Below are positions 50,506-63,745 of a stretch of 64,000 nt of DNA, in pieces. The translations under genes and the position numbers were made by a program. The stretch's first letter is position 1; the number at the start of each line of letters is the position of its first letter. The DNA is from Psammoneis japonica (taxonomy: Eukaryota): positions 186,001-250,000 of the forward strand of contig QPGO01000014.1 of the NCBI GenBank assembly GCA_008632985.1, in the 5' to 3' direction. Under the pieces are notes generated by a model. It searched no databases, was not told the origin of the DNA, and saw only the letters and a program-made list of their open reading frames with translations.

Positions 50506-52499
50506 TTACAACAGGAATGCAACCAAAAAGGCAGCAAACGCAGAGAGGACGGCAGCAGTCGCCTGTGGTGCAGCAGATGGAGGTTCCGTGGTTTCTGCCG
50601 GGGTCGATGCTGGAGTGGACGCCGAAGACGGTGCAGGGGTAGTAGTGTCAGGGGGGGCCGTCGTGTCTCCCGGGGTCGATGCGGCGGTGGGTGAGGCTGT
50701 AGTTGGAGCAGCCGTGACCGTGGGCGACGTAGTAGGCATCGCACTGGATGTTGGCATGCCAGTGATAGTTGGGGATCCGGTTGGGGCGGTCGAAGTATCA
50801 AGAGCCGTGGGCATGGGGGTGGTGGTGGGCGACATGGTTGGGGAAGGGCCCGTAGATCCAACTGCCCACCCATAAACCGTACCCGAATCATCTGCAAAAT
50901 AGAGAACAGTGCCATCTGGGCTTCTAGACATCTCGGCAGACACAGTGGCACCATCTCCAAGTGGTGCCGCAAAGTAGTCTGTTCCGTCGGCCGTCATGGT
51001 GGAGTGGATAACGCCAGGGTTCGACTCGGCAAAGTAGACTGCGCTTTCGTCGTGAGCAAGCACGGCTCTGGTGTTAACGATCGAGCCCAAAGTCTTACTC
51101 CACCTCTCGTCCAAGCCTGGGACATCGGCGACGAGGGAGGCAAAGACAGGACTTGCAAAGCCAAGGTAGAGCTCGCTGCCAGCTTGGTTCACGGTGGGGG
51201 TATTGGGAGGATCGTTGAACCTCGGGGTGCCACGGCCGTACGGCTCGTTGCTTGTTCCAATGGCAGCTTCATCCCAACGTCCACGAAGCGTAGCGCCGGG
51301 GATCCAGCATCGGAGGGAATTACGCGAGATTCCGTAGTACTGGCGAAGACCATCGACGGCAATGGCGGGTGGGTTCCTCGAGAGCCAACCAGTTCCAGTA
51401 AGGTACTTGACCGCAAAGCCAGTGTTGTCGTCCCCGGTGATAAAGTTGGTCGGAAGCTGAAAGGCAAAGGTCTGGCCTCTTCCACTGTCAAATGGAATGA
51501 CAGTTGCCGACCAGGCGAGAATGTCGTTCGTGTTGTCCAAGCCCTGAGGGTTGTTGGGAGTAGGGTCAAAGCCACCAATGTAGTTGCCATAAGCGGGGTT
51601 GTGGTAAATGGCTGGGGCGGTGTACGCAATCGTACCGTTGAGGTTCGCCTCGGTGTAAAAGACTGCACCACCGTTTGCAGCATCAAGGACCGTAAAAGAT
51701 CCGACGGCGCCTTGGTTGTGGGTCAAGTACACAAAGTCACCAAGAGCCGAGATGACAGGAGTACCTTCAGCGATTCCAGGGACTTCAGTGGCCCAAAGAA
51801 CGGCACCATCCGGGTGCGAGATCGCCGCGGTGAATCTGCGTAGAAAAAGTACAAATCACCAATTCGTGAGACAGTGAAAGGGCTAGAAACACACACACAA
51901 TGGATGACCCATACGCGACTCAGGCTGTCATTTGGCACGATTGCCAACATATCACGTTTGAAAGCGTACTGTACGATGTGAAGGAATCACGAATCACGAC
52001 AGACAACGCATTGGCTCTCGTACTACATACGCAAAGCCAATGACCCAGCCCGCATGTACCACACATCCACATACACGGGATTAAACGCAACAATAACAAC
52101 AATAATAACAACATCGTCGAGCGAGTACAAATCGACTTACGTGTTTCCCTCGTCCGTGATGACAGAGTAGACAATGAAGGCATTTGCGCCAGCCGAACCA
52201 TCGTGAATGAAAACCCCACTGTTACAAGAGTGCGAGGCTGCACCGGTGAAGGATCCGGGGCTGATTGGGAATCCAGCAAGAGCCTCACCCGTCTCTGGGT
52301 CGAGTCCATCCAGAGTACCATCGGCACGAGTGACGTAAACTACCGCATTGTCGGGAGAAATGGTTACGGCATTGCTGTCACCCACCGGTCCGCCTGAAAC
52401 AGCGAACTTTTGCTGAGGTGTCGTGAGGAACTCGAAATCTTGTGCTGACACTGCAGACACAAACAAGGCCGCAAAGGCCGTCTTAACGAGGTGAAGCAT
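50506..52499 (-). CDS. Secreted/GPI-type PQQ-like beta-propeller protein, paralog 3
   Basis: Signal peptide, ISPDNAVVYV, AISHPDG, FAFQLP, LYFADDSG, P/T stalk and AAVLSAFAAFLVAFLL end; intron ~51838-52140. Confidence 0.82.
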
Positions 52500-53258
52500 T
52501 GTTCAAACTAATAAATCGCAGTCCTTGACCTTGTGGTTCGACGACTCCGAAAGATTGTGAATTGTTGATGGATTTTTCACTTTGTGTCGTGCTGTGTCAC
52601 GGCAAAAAGTGAATAGCTAGATTTCAGTACTGATTCTACGCAACCGTACGTTGAAATCCAGATCGTGCGTTGACATGGGAATCTTAGCCTCTTCATACTT
52701 AAGGATTTGGCGGCAAAACGGCTCGGAAAATTCCTCGCACGTAGAAATCTACATAAAATTTGCGATCCGTTGGCAGTTTGACATTCCTATGAAATGTATA
52801 CATACTACACACCAATATATTTAGAGTATAGAAAATTGTGAACTTCTGAGAGCCGTTGATTTCTTCAATATTGATAGTGATTCTAAATCGTTTATGTCTC
52901 AAATAACGGCCGGTCGTGCCAAATGAGAGACGAAAATTTTCACGGGAATTCATAAGAACATTCATGAATAATTTTTTAACAGGTAAAACGCCTGCAGAAT
53001 AATATTCAAATGGGATATATTGTTATCTGTGAGTTTCGCCGAATTCCGTCTGTCAGTCAGCACGAGACGTAAGAAAGAACACGTCAGATTCTTTTTGACG
53101 TCATCCTTTCACATTTTCAATTTTTTGCCCCCCGCCCGAAGATCGATGAGGTGAGGTACCGGTAGCCCTATGAGATATCCATGCGACGCGTCGTTCCTTT
53201 CGAAGGTCCATTGCGTCGTTCACATTTTATGGTAGTGACGGTCCCCAAGACGAAAAGC

Positions 53259-55356
53259 ATGGTTTCACTGAAGGTGTTAGTTGCTGGTGCTGTTGTTTTG
53301 CGAAGAATTGATGTCTCGGTTGGATTGACAACGTCGAGGTATCGCCTTTTGCGTCCCACTGTCGCAACAAAAAAGTCTGTCGTAAGATTGTTCTCGGAAG
53401 AAAGCAGCAGCAGCATGACAAAGAGCGATGATCAGGATTTCTTTGAATCCAATCGAGAAAAGGCCTTGAAAACGTTGAATGCTATTGAGACTCTTGAACA
53501 GAAACTTCGTGATTTGGATGAAATCGATCGTGCTTCCTTGACGAATGAAATTCAAGAGGTGGAGAAACAAGTGACAAGCCTCACATCCCAAACACTTCCA
53601 CCAAAAGGACTTTCCCTGGAAGACTACAAGGCGGCTATTAAATCATACCTGCGCATGCCTTTTGTTGTGAGGGAAGCTCTCTGTGACGTGACGGGATACA
53701 AAGGACTGAGCATAACACAAGCATACTTTAAGGCTCCAGAGGTAATTTCAGCAATTTATGAACAAGGACCACGACTTACCCAAACACGTTTAAATGATGC
53801 GCTCAAGGAAGCACTGGCACGACGCCAAACCTTCTCCGCTCCTATATCTTCAAACGACAACGTTCCGGTACAAGAGGAAGAGATTGAGCGACTGTTGGAT
53901 CTGTTTGTGCAAGAACTCGGAGACGGAAAATCAATTGAACAAATCGAAACGGAAAATACCGTCAAACAATTTCTGCCCCGCGTGACACGAAAAGATGGCA
54001 AAAGTGTCAGTCAAAAAGACGCAGACCGTCTCTTGGCTTGTTGGACAAGGACAATTTTGTCGTTTCCAAGCCACCGGAAGAGATTGTTGGAGGATACATT
54101 GTGCGGGGAAAGAATGCCAAAAAGTCGGGAAAGGACCTGATCAAGGATATTGATTCCAAGGTTCCTGCAAAATGGGATGCTCAAGTGTGTTTCATGACCG
54201 ATGTTACGTCGTCCGAACCGACGGATGATCCTGTGTTGCTCCTTACCAACAAGGACATGGCGCCCACCACAAGCCGATGGATCTTGTCCTTTAGCACCGC
54301 AGCGGCTCTCACCACGGCGTTTCTGTTTGCGTTTGAAACCTACGGGAACAACAATGCGATTGCTTCGTACCTTGCGGACCTGACCGGAGTTGGAGATTAC
54401 AGTGCTGTGAATTGGTTCAACTACAAACTACTGGAATTGCTTTTGCCGCTCGTTGCGATTCAAGGACTACATGAGTTGGGCCATTTAGCGATTGCTTCAA
54501 GAGATAAGGTATGGTGTATTATGTGCAAATGTCTGCAACACCGACTTGCCATCTCACATCCTTGATGCTCGTGAATGCCACATAGATTACTACAGCGCCT
54601 CCTACACTTCTTCCGTTCTGGATCTACCGTTCATGGGTGCACAAACACAAATCAAAACATCACCCAAGGACCGTGCATCCCTTTTTGACTTTGCCTTTTT
54701 GGGACACTTCTTGGGTCTTGCGTCATCTCTGTTGCTCTTGGGATATGGACTTGAAACAACTGTGACGGCAGATGCACAAGCAGCACAATACTTTCCCATG
54801 TTGTCGGTGGAAATACTGAGACTCAGCACCTTGGGTGGAGCAATCGTGGATGGCGTGTTCGGTTCGAGCGGCATTATAACATCACAAGATCCGGCAACCA
54901 CCATACCACTGCATCCCTTTGCCGTGGCTGGCTTTTGTGGACTCATGATTAGTGCCATTGATCTGCTTCCGCTCGGCAGTAAGTTTATGCAAAAAGTGTC
55001 GTTTTGAAATTATTGACCAGTAAAGTCTTGTTTGCTCACACCCTTTCACTTCATCTTGTGCGTCGTTTTATGTTTAAAAATCACTAGGCACAGATGGTGG
55101 TCGGTTGTCTCAAGCAGTCTTTGGCCGCAAGCGTCACTTGATAGTGGGAAGCATAACGTGGACAACGCTCTTTTTCTCCAGTTTCTTCTTGGAAAACCAC
55201 AATGTCCTTATCTATGCATGGGTACTAAACAATTTGACCCAAAACGACATGGAAGTGCCGTGCCGGAATGAAGTCGACCCCATTGGTTGGCCGCGAATTG
55301 TCGGAGCCAACCTGCTGTGGTTGGTTGCTTGGTTGACCCTCCTTCCAATGGAATAG
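53259..55356 (+). CDS. EGY-like M50 intramembrane zinc metalloprotease
   Basis: HELGH, LHPFAVAG and LLPLGSTDGGR; introns 54509-54585 and 54979-55087; apparent frameshift near 54035. Confidence 0.85.
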
Positions 55357-55752
55357 GCTAGTCGAGAGAATGGAATAGTCGAGAGTGCCAGCAGTGATCA
55401 GCTTCGGGCGCTCTATAGATACACTAGCTCTGATATGATACCAAACTGCCGTGTAGACTAATCACTCTCCCAATCTATTGTACACAGTTTGGGCCCTCTA
55501 AAAAGCTAGCTACTCTATTTCTATGCTCTCTCTACTAGCCCTAAGAGAGTAGAGAGGAGTCGTCCTTTTTCACAAAAAGGAGCGCCGAGGATCTGCTGAC
55601 GACAGGAAGACGCGACGAAAGATATGTATCATAAATTTTATTCGTCTCCGAGGAAATCAAATTTCATTCGTTGTTGCGCCAAAATATGGCGCGCACAGCG
55701 ACCTTACCGGTACGAATGATGGCGACACAAGACGCGGACGACGAGATATGGA

Positions 55753-57781
55753 ATGATGAATGCTCAAGGACGGCAACAAATAACGCAAATGACTGAGCAA
55801 GGAGAAGACGACCCTTTCATAAAGTTGGACGAGAAGGTGTCGTCGGAGGTGCCAGAGAATAATCAATTCACCGTCTTGCGCCAGTGGTTATTGTCACGCA
55901 TTGCAAAGGACGAATTAGTATCCATACGCAACAATGTATATTATGAAAAGATGAGTTCAACCGAATAATGGAAGAAGATCTGCTCCAAGACGAGATGGAT
56001 GATCTTTCGGGAGAGTGTAATAGGATCTATCATGATATTGCGTTGCTTTTACAAAGTCAACTTGAAGACGAGTTGTCGTCGTCGTTTGTTGAGTATCTAG
56101 TAGAAAGAATCCATGACGAATACGGCGAGAGATGCATAGAGGATGCTATTGAAAATGTGCTTGATTGTCTGGATTTTCTTCATGAAGAAGAGGTCGAGTC
56201 ATCTCGCCTGAGGAAACGCCTCAGCGACCAATATGGTGATGATGGTGATGATGATGAGGAGTGGGTGATGCCCAAGCACTTGTTGTCTCGCAATGAGGAA
56301 CTACACGATGCCTCTCACGCGGATGAGTATTCATCATCCCCACTCGTACAATGTGGTCAAGGGTGTGATGTAAAGACAATGTTCATTTTCTTTGTGATGG
56401 GGATGTTGACAATGTGGATTTTCTTTCTTTGGAGATGCCTCTCTCGTCGGCAAAAAGACGAAAAGAAGTCACAGCATCACAACACTACTACTACTACTAG
56501 CAAGAAGAAGTGGAAGCAGCAGCGACGTAGAAACAATACGATGAAAAGCGAAACATTATTGCCGGCGACTCCTCCCATACCAACCACCATGTTTGACTTC
56601 TCCTCTCTTTCCGTGGCAACGCTGTGGACTACAATTCTTGATTGTGTGCGTCGCATCTCAAACAATGTGTTCCATTGGATGCGTAGGGACAAAACCCAGC
56701 CGACCGCGACCCTCCAAGCAACGCAGCAGCCATCGCCTTTGCTTTCGGAACCTGTACCTGGTACAATACAGCAACATTGCAATGACGACGGGGACGAGGA
56801 GAAACAAGAAGATGATGGTAACTCAACTCCTGTAGATGCGGCAGTGCAAACTATGGATGCACAGCAACGACGACTCATCAAAGCTTTGCCTCCTGAGAGT
56901 CCCACGTGCGTCGAGACGGAACTCGTTCAGCAGCTTCAGCAGCAGCAACAGCAACGAGAGGAAGAACGAGAACAAGAACCGATAATGGAACGAGAGGCCG
57001 AGCAAGAGTCGTCTGTTGTTGCGCAACAAAGTGAACGAAAGAAAACAGAGCTTCGAAAGCAAGAGGCGGATCATTCGAGGCTTCAGCAACAACGGGATGT
57101 AACTCTATCCCGAAACGCGAATCGAAAGAAACCGCAGACGGAACAAACCCGGCTTGAAAACATACAAGAGGAGAAACTCAACCCTGTCTCTGTCAAACGA
57201 GGTAGTTTACTTTGTGAAAAAGATCTGTTTGAAGCCGAAACTGTTGATTACGTTTCGGCGACACCTGGCGACGAGCAGTACCATGAAAAAGAACTCCAGC
57301 CAACAACAAGCGTCGCAATGCACAAGGAGGACCCCCCAAGAAACAGCAGCAAGCCGATCGCCACTCGATGGAAAAACGCAATCATCCTTTCCAACAGCAG
57401 GACAAGGTGGAAAAAATCAAATTGCTCTTGTTGACGGAATTCTGTCTCACGTCGGACCTTCCACCTCACTTTCGGCATGTCCTACTCCAAGACCAGCAAG
57501 TCAATGACAAGCTTGATGCAGATGCAAAGCAAATCTTGCTCGAATTTTTTCATGACTCCTCTCGGAGCAACAAGAATAATGGCGAATCTCTAGGCTGGTT
57601 GTCGGATCCAAAAATAATGACCTTTCCAGTTCTCATTGCACCCGTGTATAACGAAGAGAGCCTCTATTGCAATATCGAGAAGTCAACTGTTGACGAAATG
57701 CTACAAGCTGAATCGGTTGACGATTTCCTCGATGCGATGGCCATGCAGCGCGATAATGAGAATGAATGGCAAACAAGTTGA
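55753..57781 (+). CDS. Shorter or disrupted paralog of the 58486-61641 gene (TM plus coiled coil, no J domain)
   Basis: Shared motifs ETEL.QQLQ, RKQEAD..R.Q, KRGSLL, IKLLLLTEFC, KLDA.AKQI.LE and YN.E.L...IEK; frameshifts near 55965 and 57340. Confidence 0.6.
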
Positions 57782-58316
57782 TATGCAACGCAGAGGGAGC
57801 TAGTACTGTATATTACCTTGCGGACGAATCCTGCGCTCTGGTACATTGGGGGTGTACTTTCTGCCTGAGCGACATAGCCTGCATGGACAAAGTAGCCTGA
57901 TCGAGAAGAGTTTTTGGATGTTTGAAAGTTGCGGTGGAATGAATCTCCGTGACGGAAATAATGTAGACTCTCTAGAGACCAGACACAGAATTATTATAGT
58001 CCATCATTCAAATAATGGGTCTTCCATGCCTGAGGCCGCGGAGACGACGATATCTCCGAATGGACATGGAATTGCAGCTACCTAGAGGGAGGATTTTTTG
58101 CGCGAGATGCCATCTCTTCTAGAGAGTGTGTGCACATGGCACTACGTACTATGGCCAAATGGAATAGAGATGATTCCTAGCTTTGGCAATCGGTGTAGTG
58201 CTACTCACCAATGGCAAACTAATGTGACTACTCTCGGGTTTTGCTCCTACAAGTGCAATGTCTATTATGTACTTAGAGAGAGAATAAAGCGCTACTCTAA
58301 ATACTTCTCTGATATA

Positions 58317-58340
58317 CTCTCTCTCTCTCTCTCTCTCTCT
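58317..58340. repeat. (CT)n microsatellite
   Basis: About 12 CT units. Confidence 0.9.
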
Positions 58341-58485
58341 ACTCTAGCTACTATCTCTCTACTAGAGTAGTAGCGAGGAATAACAATGTTCAATGTTGCG
58401 GGTGAAAGCGATCAGACTCATCATAGTGCACTGACAGGCAGACGGCAGGATCCTTCAGCAAACAAACATAATATTTTCTAAGACG

Positions 58486-61400
58486 ATGAACATGATGAGT
58501 GACAATGACGAGCCGGTCCCTCCTCAAGGACGGCGACAACGGCAGTTTACCAAAAGAGAAAAACATGAGGAACTGATGCTCTTGCACGAGCTGTTATCAG
58601 ACTTTGAAAATCCGAATATGACGACTATGTCGAGGGCGACGATTTTGATTATGATCAAGCATTGGAAGATCTGGTTGATTACCTGGAATTCCTATCGGAA
58701 GAGCACGGTTTGAGCGCTGAAGAATTGAGTCAATCCTCATGAGTTTCACGGACGAAGGAGATGGTGAGCGGGAGGAGCTCTCTCGTTATGATGATGGGGC
58801 GGCGTATGGATACAGTGAACAACAACGCGAAATTCGCGCTGCTGCTGATTCATCACCACTCACGTCGACAAGCACCGAGAAATCTGCGCAAGCTGGAACG
58901 ATATTTAGCATGATTGTGGTGGGATTGCTGTCAGTGTGGTGGTTCATAGTTCGTCCGAGACGGGAATCTAAAACGAGAGCTATGGCTGCTGATACACGCG
59001 AGGCGATTATACAAGAACTACTAGCGGACGAGAGCAAGGACGATAATCGAAAGGAAAGAAGTCAAAGAACGCAGGCAAGCAGAATAAGAAGCAAAAGAAG
59101 CGAAACAACAACAAGATTCAAAGTACCAAAATGCCGGTGGCTAGTACAGAACCAACCCCTCCTGATACTACAAACGCAAGAAAGAGCAACGGCAAGAAAC
59201 AACAGACACGTACAGTCCAGAAAACACTGCAGCAATCGTCGCCGCCTACAGAACCTGCAAGCAATGCACCGGAGCAGGAAGATGACTGGGATTGCGGCTC
59301 AAGTACGAATGCTGCAGCGGGACGGATTGAGCAGGAGGACGAGGAAGAGCGAATCATTCAACAGGTCATTGAAGCTTCGCTGCGAGATAGTCCTGTCGGA
59401 ATCGAGACGGAACTTGGACAGCAGCTCCAGCTGCAGCTACTCGAGGAGGAGCGAAAGTTGAAACAAGAACAAACGGAAAGAGTGGCTCAGCATCAATCCA
59501 ACCTTCGGCGTGAAAAGCAGCAGCAAGGAAGGAAACGAGAGACCGCAGAAGCAGAAATGAGGAGACAAGAAGCCGATCAAGCTCGGATTCAAAAGCAAAA
59601 GAAACGAGACGCCGAGCTAGCCCGCAATGCTAAACGAGAGAAACAAAAGGCAGAACAATCCCGACTTCAGAAACGACAAGAACTGCAAGCAAAACAAGCC
59701 AAGCAGATTGCGGAACGACGACAATTTTGGGAGGAACAAGCCGAAATACAAGACGAGCGGGTGGCAAAGTTGGTGCGATTGTTGGCTTTTGAATGCTGTC
59801 GTACAGATGCCAACATTTCTCATCAAGATTGGTTGTCACAGTCCTTGGCGCTCCTTAACGACGCACACAAGCTGGAGGCGCAGGCTAGGAAGATCTACCG
59901 GGATTTGTGGTTGTTTGACGAGCAGTTACGAAGTGGTAACGAAAGCGGCGGCGGCGGCGGCGCAGTAGTTGTGAAGGGAAGACGACGACGAAATGCCGTC
60001 ATTCAGGAATGGGACGAAAGCAAAGGCAAGTTTCGTGTCGCCTTCTCTGACAGCACCGGTAGTACGAAGAAGGCAAACAAGCTTCAGTTTGAGTATCTGC
60101 TCCCAGAACATCTGGAACTGCAACGCAACGCCACTTTGCAAGCAACTTGTCAACCAAAGGAGAAACCCGACATCTTCTCTATAAAACGCAGCTCCTTACT
60201 CGCCGAGGATGACGATGATGAGGAGGAAATCCTCATTCACATTGACAATGCAACCATTGACGACCTGTTGCAGGCGAAAATTGTTGACGACTTTTTGGTC
60301 TCGCACGGCAGGAAGTGCTACGAAGAAGAACGTCAAGCCAAGCATCGCGACGCACAAGAGCGTACCACGAAAGAGCAAGCAGACCGCCGAGCGTTTTGGA
60401 TGGAACATATCCAATTCGAACAGGAAAGAGTGGAAATGATAAAGTTGCTCTTGGTGACAGAGTTTTGTCGCACAACCTCTCGAGCTCCTGCCTTTCGAGC
60501 TACGCTTCTCAGACACCGTGAGGTCATCAAAAAGCTTGATGCTCATGCCAAGCAGATTTTTCTAGAACTCTATGACAGTCAAATGCCGAAGCGCGTGGTT
60601 GTGAAGGGTTCGCCGCCACCGCACCAGAATCTTGACGGTCGGGTCGGTGCGATTGAACGCTGGGACCAAAATAAGGGGGCCTTTCTTGTTGTTCTCGAAG
60701 CGAAAAAGAAAGGCAAGAATGGTCAGACTGTAAACCTGCCACCCGATTACATCGAGGCGCTACCAAACAAGAGCTCTCCTAAAAAGAAGGAAAGGGGTCA
60801 GAGAACCTCCTTGGCTTTCATCACGTCCCTGTATAATGGAGAATGCCTTCTGTACGAGATTGAAAAGACCATTGTTGAAGAAATAGTACAGGCCAAATCT
60901 GTGGATAATTTCCTCGATGTGTTGGTAATTCAGCGCGACGAGGATGAAAAACGAGCCAAACAGGTCGAGGAAGAGGAACGTATGGCCGAGGAAGAGGCAA
61001 AGAGACGCCGTGCCGAAAAGCTGCAACGTGAAGAACGAGAATGGAGACGACAGAAGGCAGAGATTCATGAACGAACCGAGCGGCTCAAGGAAATGCGTCG
61101 CAAGCGAAAGATGGCCCAGCAAGAGGCGCGCGCTGAATACCAATCCAATGTCGACGAGGTTGCGGAAGATGAAGAAGAGGGTGCTTCCTACCATCAACGC
61201 GAGTCCAGATCTTGCGATTGTCCCGAGTGCAGGGAGCGTGATTTCATTCGACATTTGTTTGAGGAGGTCTTGCGAGGTCGGAGTGCCGCCGGAGGGCCAT
61301 CGTTTTTCTTTCATGGTGGGAGTGGATTCTTTTTTGAGGAGGACGACTACGATTCTGAATATGATGATGAGGAACGTTGGGACGAGGAATTCGAGCGCAT

Positions 61401-61641
61401 GCACAATGCAGAGTTGGCAGAAAAGAATGCTAAAGCGGCAGAGGTTTTGGGGGTGGAAGAGGATGCCACCGAAGGTGAAATCAACCGAAAATTTCGAAGA
61501 TTGTCTCTTCTCTATCACCCAGACAAGTACCACCCAGACAATCACGAGGATGGCTCAACCAAGGAGGAAGTAGAAGAAAGATTCAAGCTAATTTCGGAAG
61601 CTCGCGAAGAAATGCTCTTGTATCGCGAGCGCACTGCCTGA
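58486..61641 (+). CDS. Membrane-anchored protein with UIM-like motif, two SH3/KOW-like modules and C-terminal J domain (main ORF 59131-61641)
   Basis: TM IFSMIVVGLLSVWWFIV; EEERIIQQVIEASLRD; VVVKG...WD..KG.F.V twice; EVLGV...EINRKFRRLSLLYHPDK...F..I.EA; apparent frameshifts near 58610, 58735 and 59110. Confidence 0.8.
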
Positions 61642-61969
61642 GCGACACATGGACTGTCTTGACTGCCTCTAATTGGGGTGGGTTGCGCCTGGTTGACTCT
61701 GCTTCCGTTGGAATAGAGATAATGAAGCAGTGGGCTTCTCTGTAGCTACAGAGAGAGAGAGATTTGTTTGCTTCTTTCTTTCTGACTAGACTAGATCAAA
61801 CTGTGTAGTAGACTCGCCATCAATCTTCGAATCTCGAGCAACACTTATATTATACTTACTTTGGGTGCTGGGTATCCGGGTACGTCAAGAAGTCTTAGAG
61901 AGCAGCGTAGAAAGATTCAAATGTACAGGAGGTGCGTGCGGCGCCAAAACTGCCCTGGCCCCAATGCCG

Positions 61970-62290
61970 CAACAATGATGAAGAACACGATGGGTGATAA
62001 CGTTCCGGTCGTTGTCGAAGGACGGCGAAAAAGGCAGCTGGAACTGGAGAGTTAAAAGAGTCATCATCTGTGCTCAATTTGCATGATGGGATCTGCTTGT
62101 GTTGCACATGCTCTTCTCAGACTACAAAAAATGAGTTGTCTGACCTTGTGAAAGACAGTGCAACAATGACAACCATCATTGGATTGAGGGTGAGGAACTT
62201 CTGATTGATTTCCTGGGATTCATGCCCAAGAATTGCAGCTTGAGCCATCAAATGTTGAGTCTGTCTTGCAAAGTCAGCTTGCTGGGTGTG
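61970..62290 (+). pseudogene. Decayed third copy of the 5' end of the DnaJ/UIM gene family
   Basis: gaaggacggcgaaaaaggcag and ttgcacatgctcttctcagact match caaggacggcgacaacggcag and ttgcacgagctgttatcagact at ~58525-58600. Confidence 0.6.
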
Positions 62291-63530
62291 GCTTCAATGA
62301 ATGCTGGGTTCAGCACAGCCTGACAAGAATCAACAATGAATGCAAAGGTCACTTTTGTTGCAACAATGGCCACATTCATGCTGGTGAGAGCACCCAGCAC
62401 ACCTCATGATCTTGTCCCACTTGAGGAAAATTTGTTTTTGTGACAGGTGCAGCACGATTGAACACAAGTCTGTTTTGGCAGGATTGGGGGGGGCAAAGGT
62501 CCCCTCTCACTTGGCGGGGAGGAGGAGACTCAACCCGTGGTGCAATGGGTGCAAGAAGACAGCTCTGCCTGCCCAGGGCAACCAGCATGCCAACCATCTA
62601 AGAAGCACTTCCACAGTCATCTGCAGTGGCCAACATGGTGAGACCATGCAGACCCCATGAACATGCAATGCGTGGTGCCGCAGCAGTGTGAACACACACA
62701 GTGGAAGCACATGGTGTCCCCTGGTGGCTTGACAACTCCAATGCTCAGAAGAGACCAAGCAAGCACCATGCACACAGCACGCACATGTTGAGATTGGCTG
62801 TCAATGCATGTGCATCATGGTGACCAATGAGCGACCTGTGATGACAGCACGTTCACAGGCATGTGGCGCGCAACACACAAATGGGTGTCAGAGAAACTTT
62901 GATGTGGTTGATTCAATGCAATCCAAAATGCAAACCAATGAGGCAACTCACATGATTTCTGTTGGATTGATTCCATTTTCTCATGGTGACAAACTGGTCT
63001 CACATTTTCCTGCACAATCTTGACTTTTGATGCTCCGCTGTTCTCGTCACCTGACAGCAGCATGCAAGGCACGTTGAGAATCTGCTTGCAGTGCACTGCA
63101 GCAACAATGTGGAAGGAGAAGCAAGAAGCTGACAGCTCTGCTGTGACAGCTTCTGAGGTGGGTGCAGCACTTGTGTCACATGCTGCAAAAAGGGGGCAAG
63201 TCGGGAGGGGGGGGGGCTCGTTTTAAGATTGCCACCCCCCTGCCGGGGCTGAGACTGAACTTGGACAGCAGCTTTTCAGCAGGTGTGACCAGAGGGGGAA
63301 CACAGACTGAAGCCTTGCTTTGAATGAGTCCTGTTGGGGTTGGATCTTGGCTTCAACAGCAGCAGCACCTCGGCAGCTGCCAGAGAGGAGAGAGCAAGTT
63401 GGAAGCTGAGGCAACAAAAGAACAACGTGCTGGTCATTGTCAGCATCCATCATCCAGTCACGCACAATGTGCGTTTCTTCTTTTACACTGGAACACATGG
63501 GAGCCATTGTGTGAACAATGGTGTTCTCTC
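62080..63530. other. TpA/CpG-depleted hypermutated domain 3
   Basis: TA and CG nearly absent by eye; normal composition on both sides. Confidence 0.8.
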
Positions 63531-63745
63531 CCGTCGCCCCTCCCACTTTCCGTATGTACAAAAGTGTTCATAATCATAGTGGTGATCGGAAGGGCAGTCT
63601 GATTTCATTACAACCATGCTCCAAACGCAAGAGGAAGATACGCATGTCCACGGCCCATTGTTGGGCGATATTTACCTTGACCGCGATGATTTCTAAGCGT
63701 GTTTCTTCCTTTGCCCCGCCCCTTCCTCGGCATCCACAAAGATCA

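Noticed and set aside
51004..51843. 279-aa plus-strand ORF
   Set aside because: Antisense to beta-propeller paralog 3, which has clear paralog support.
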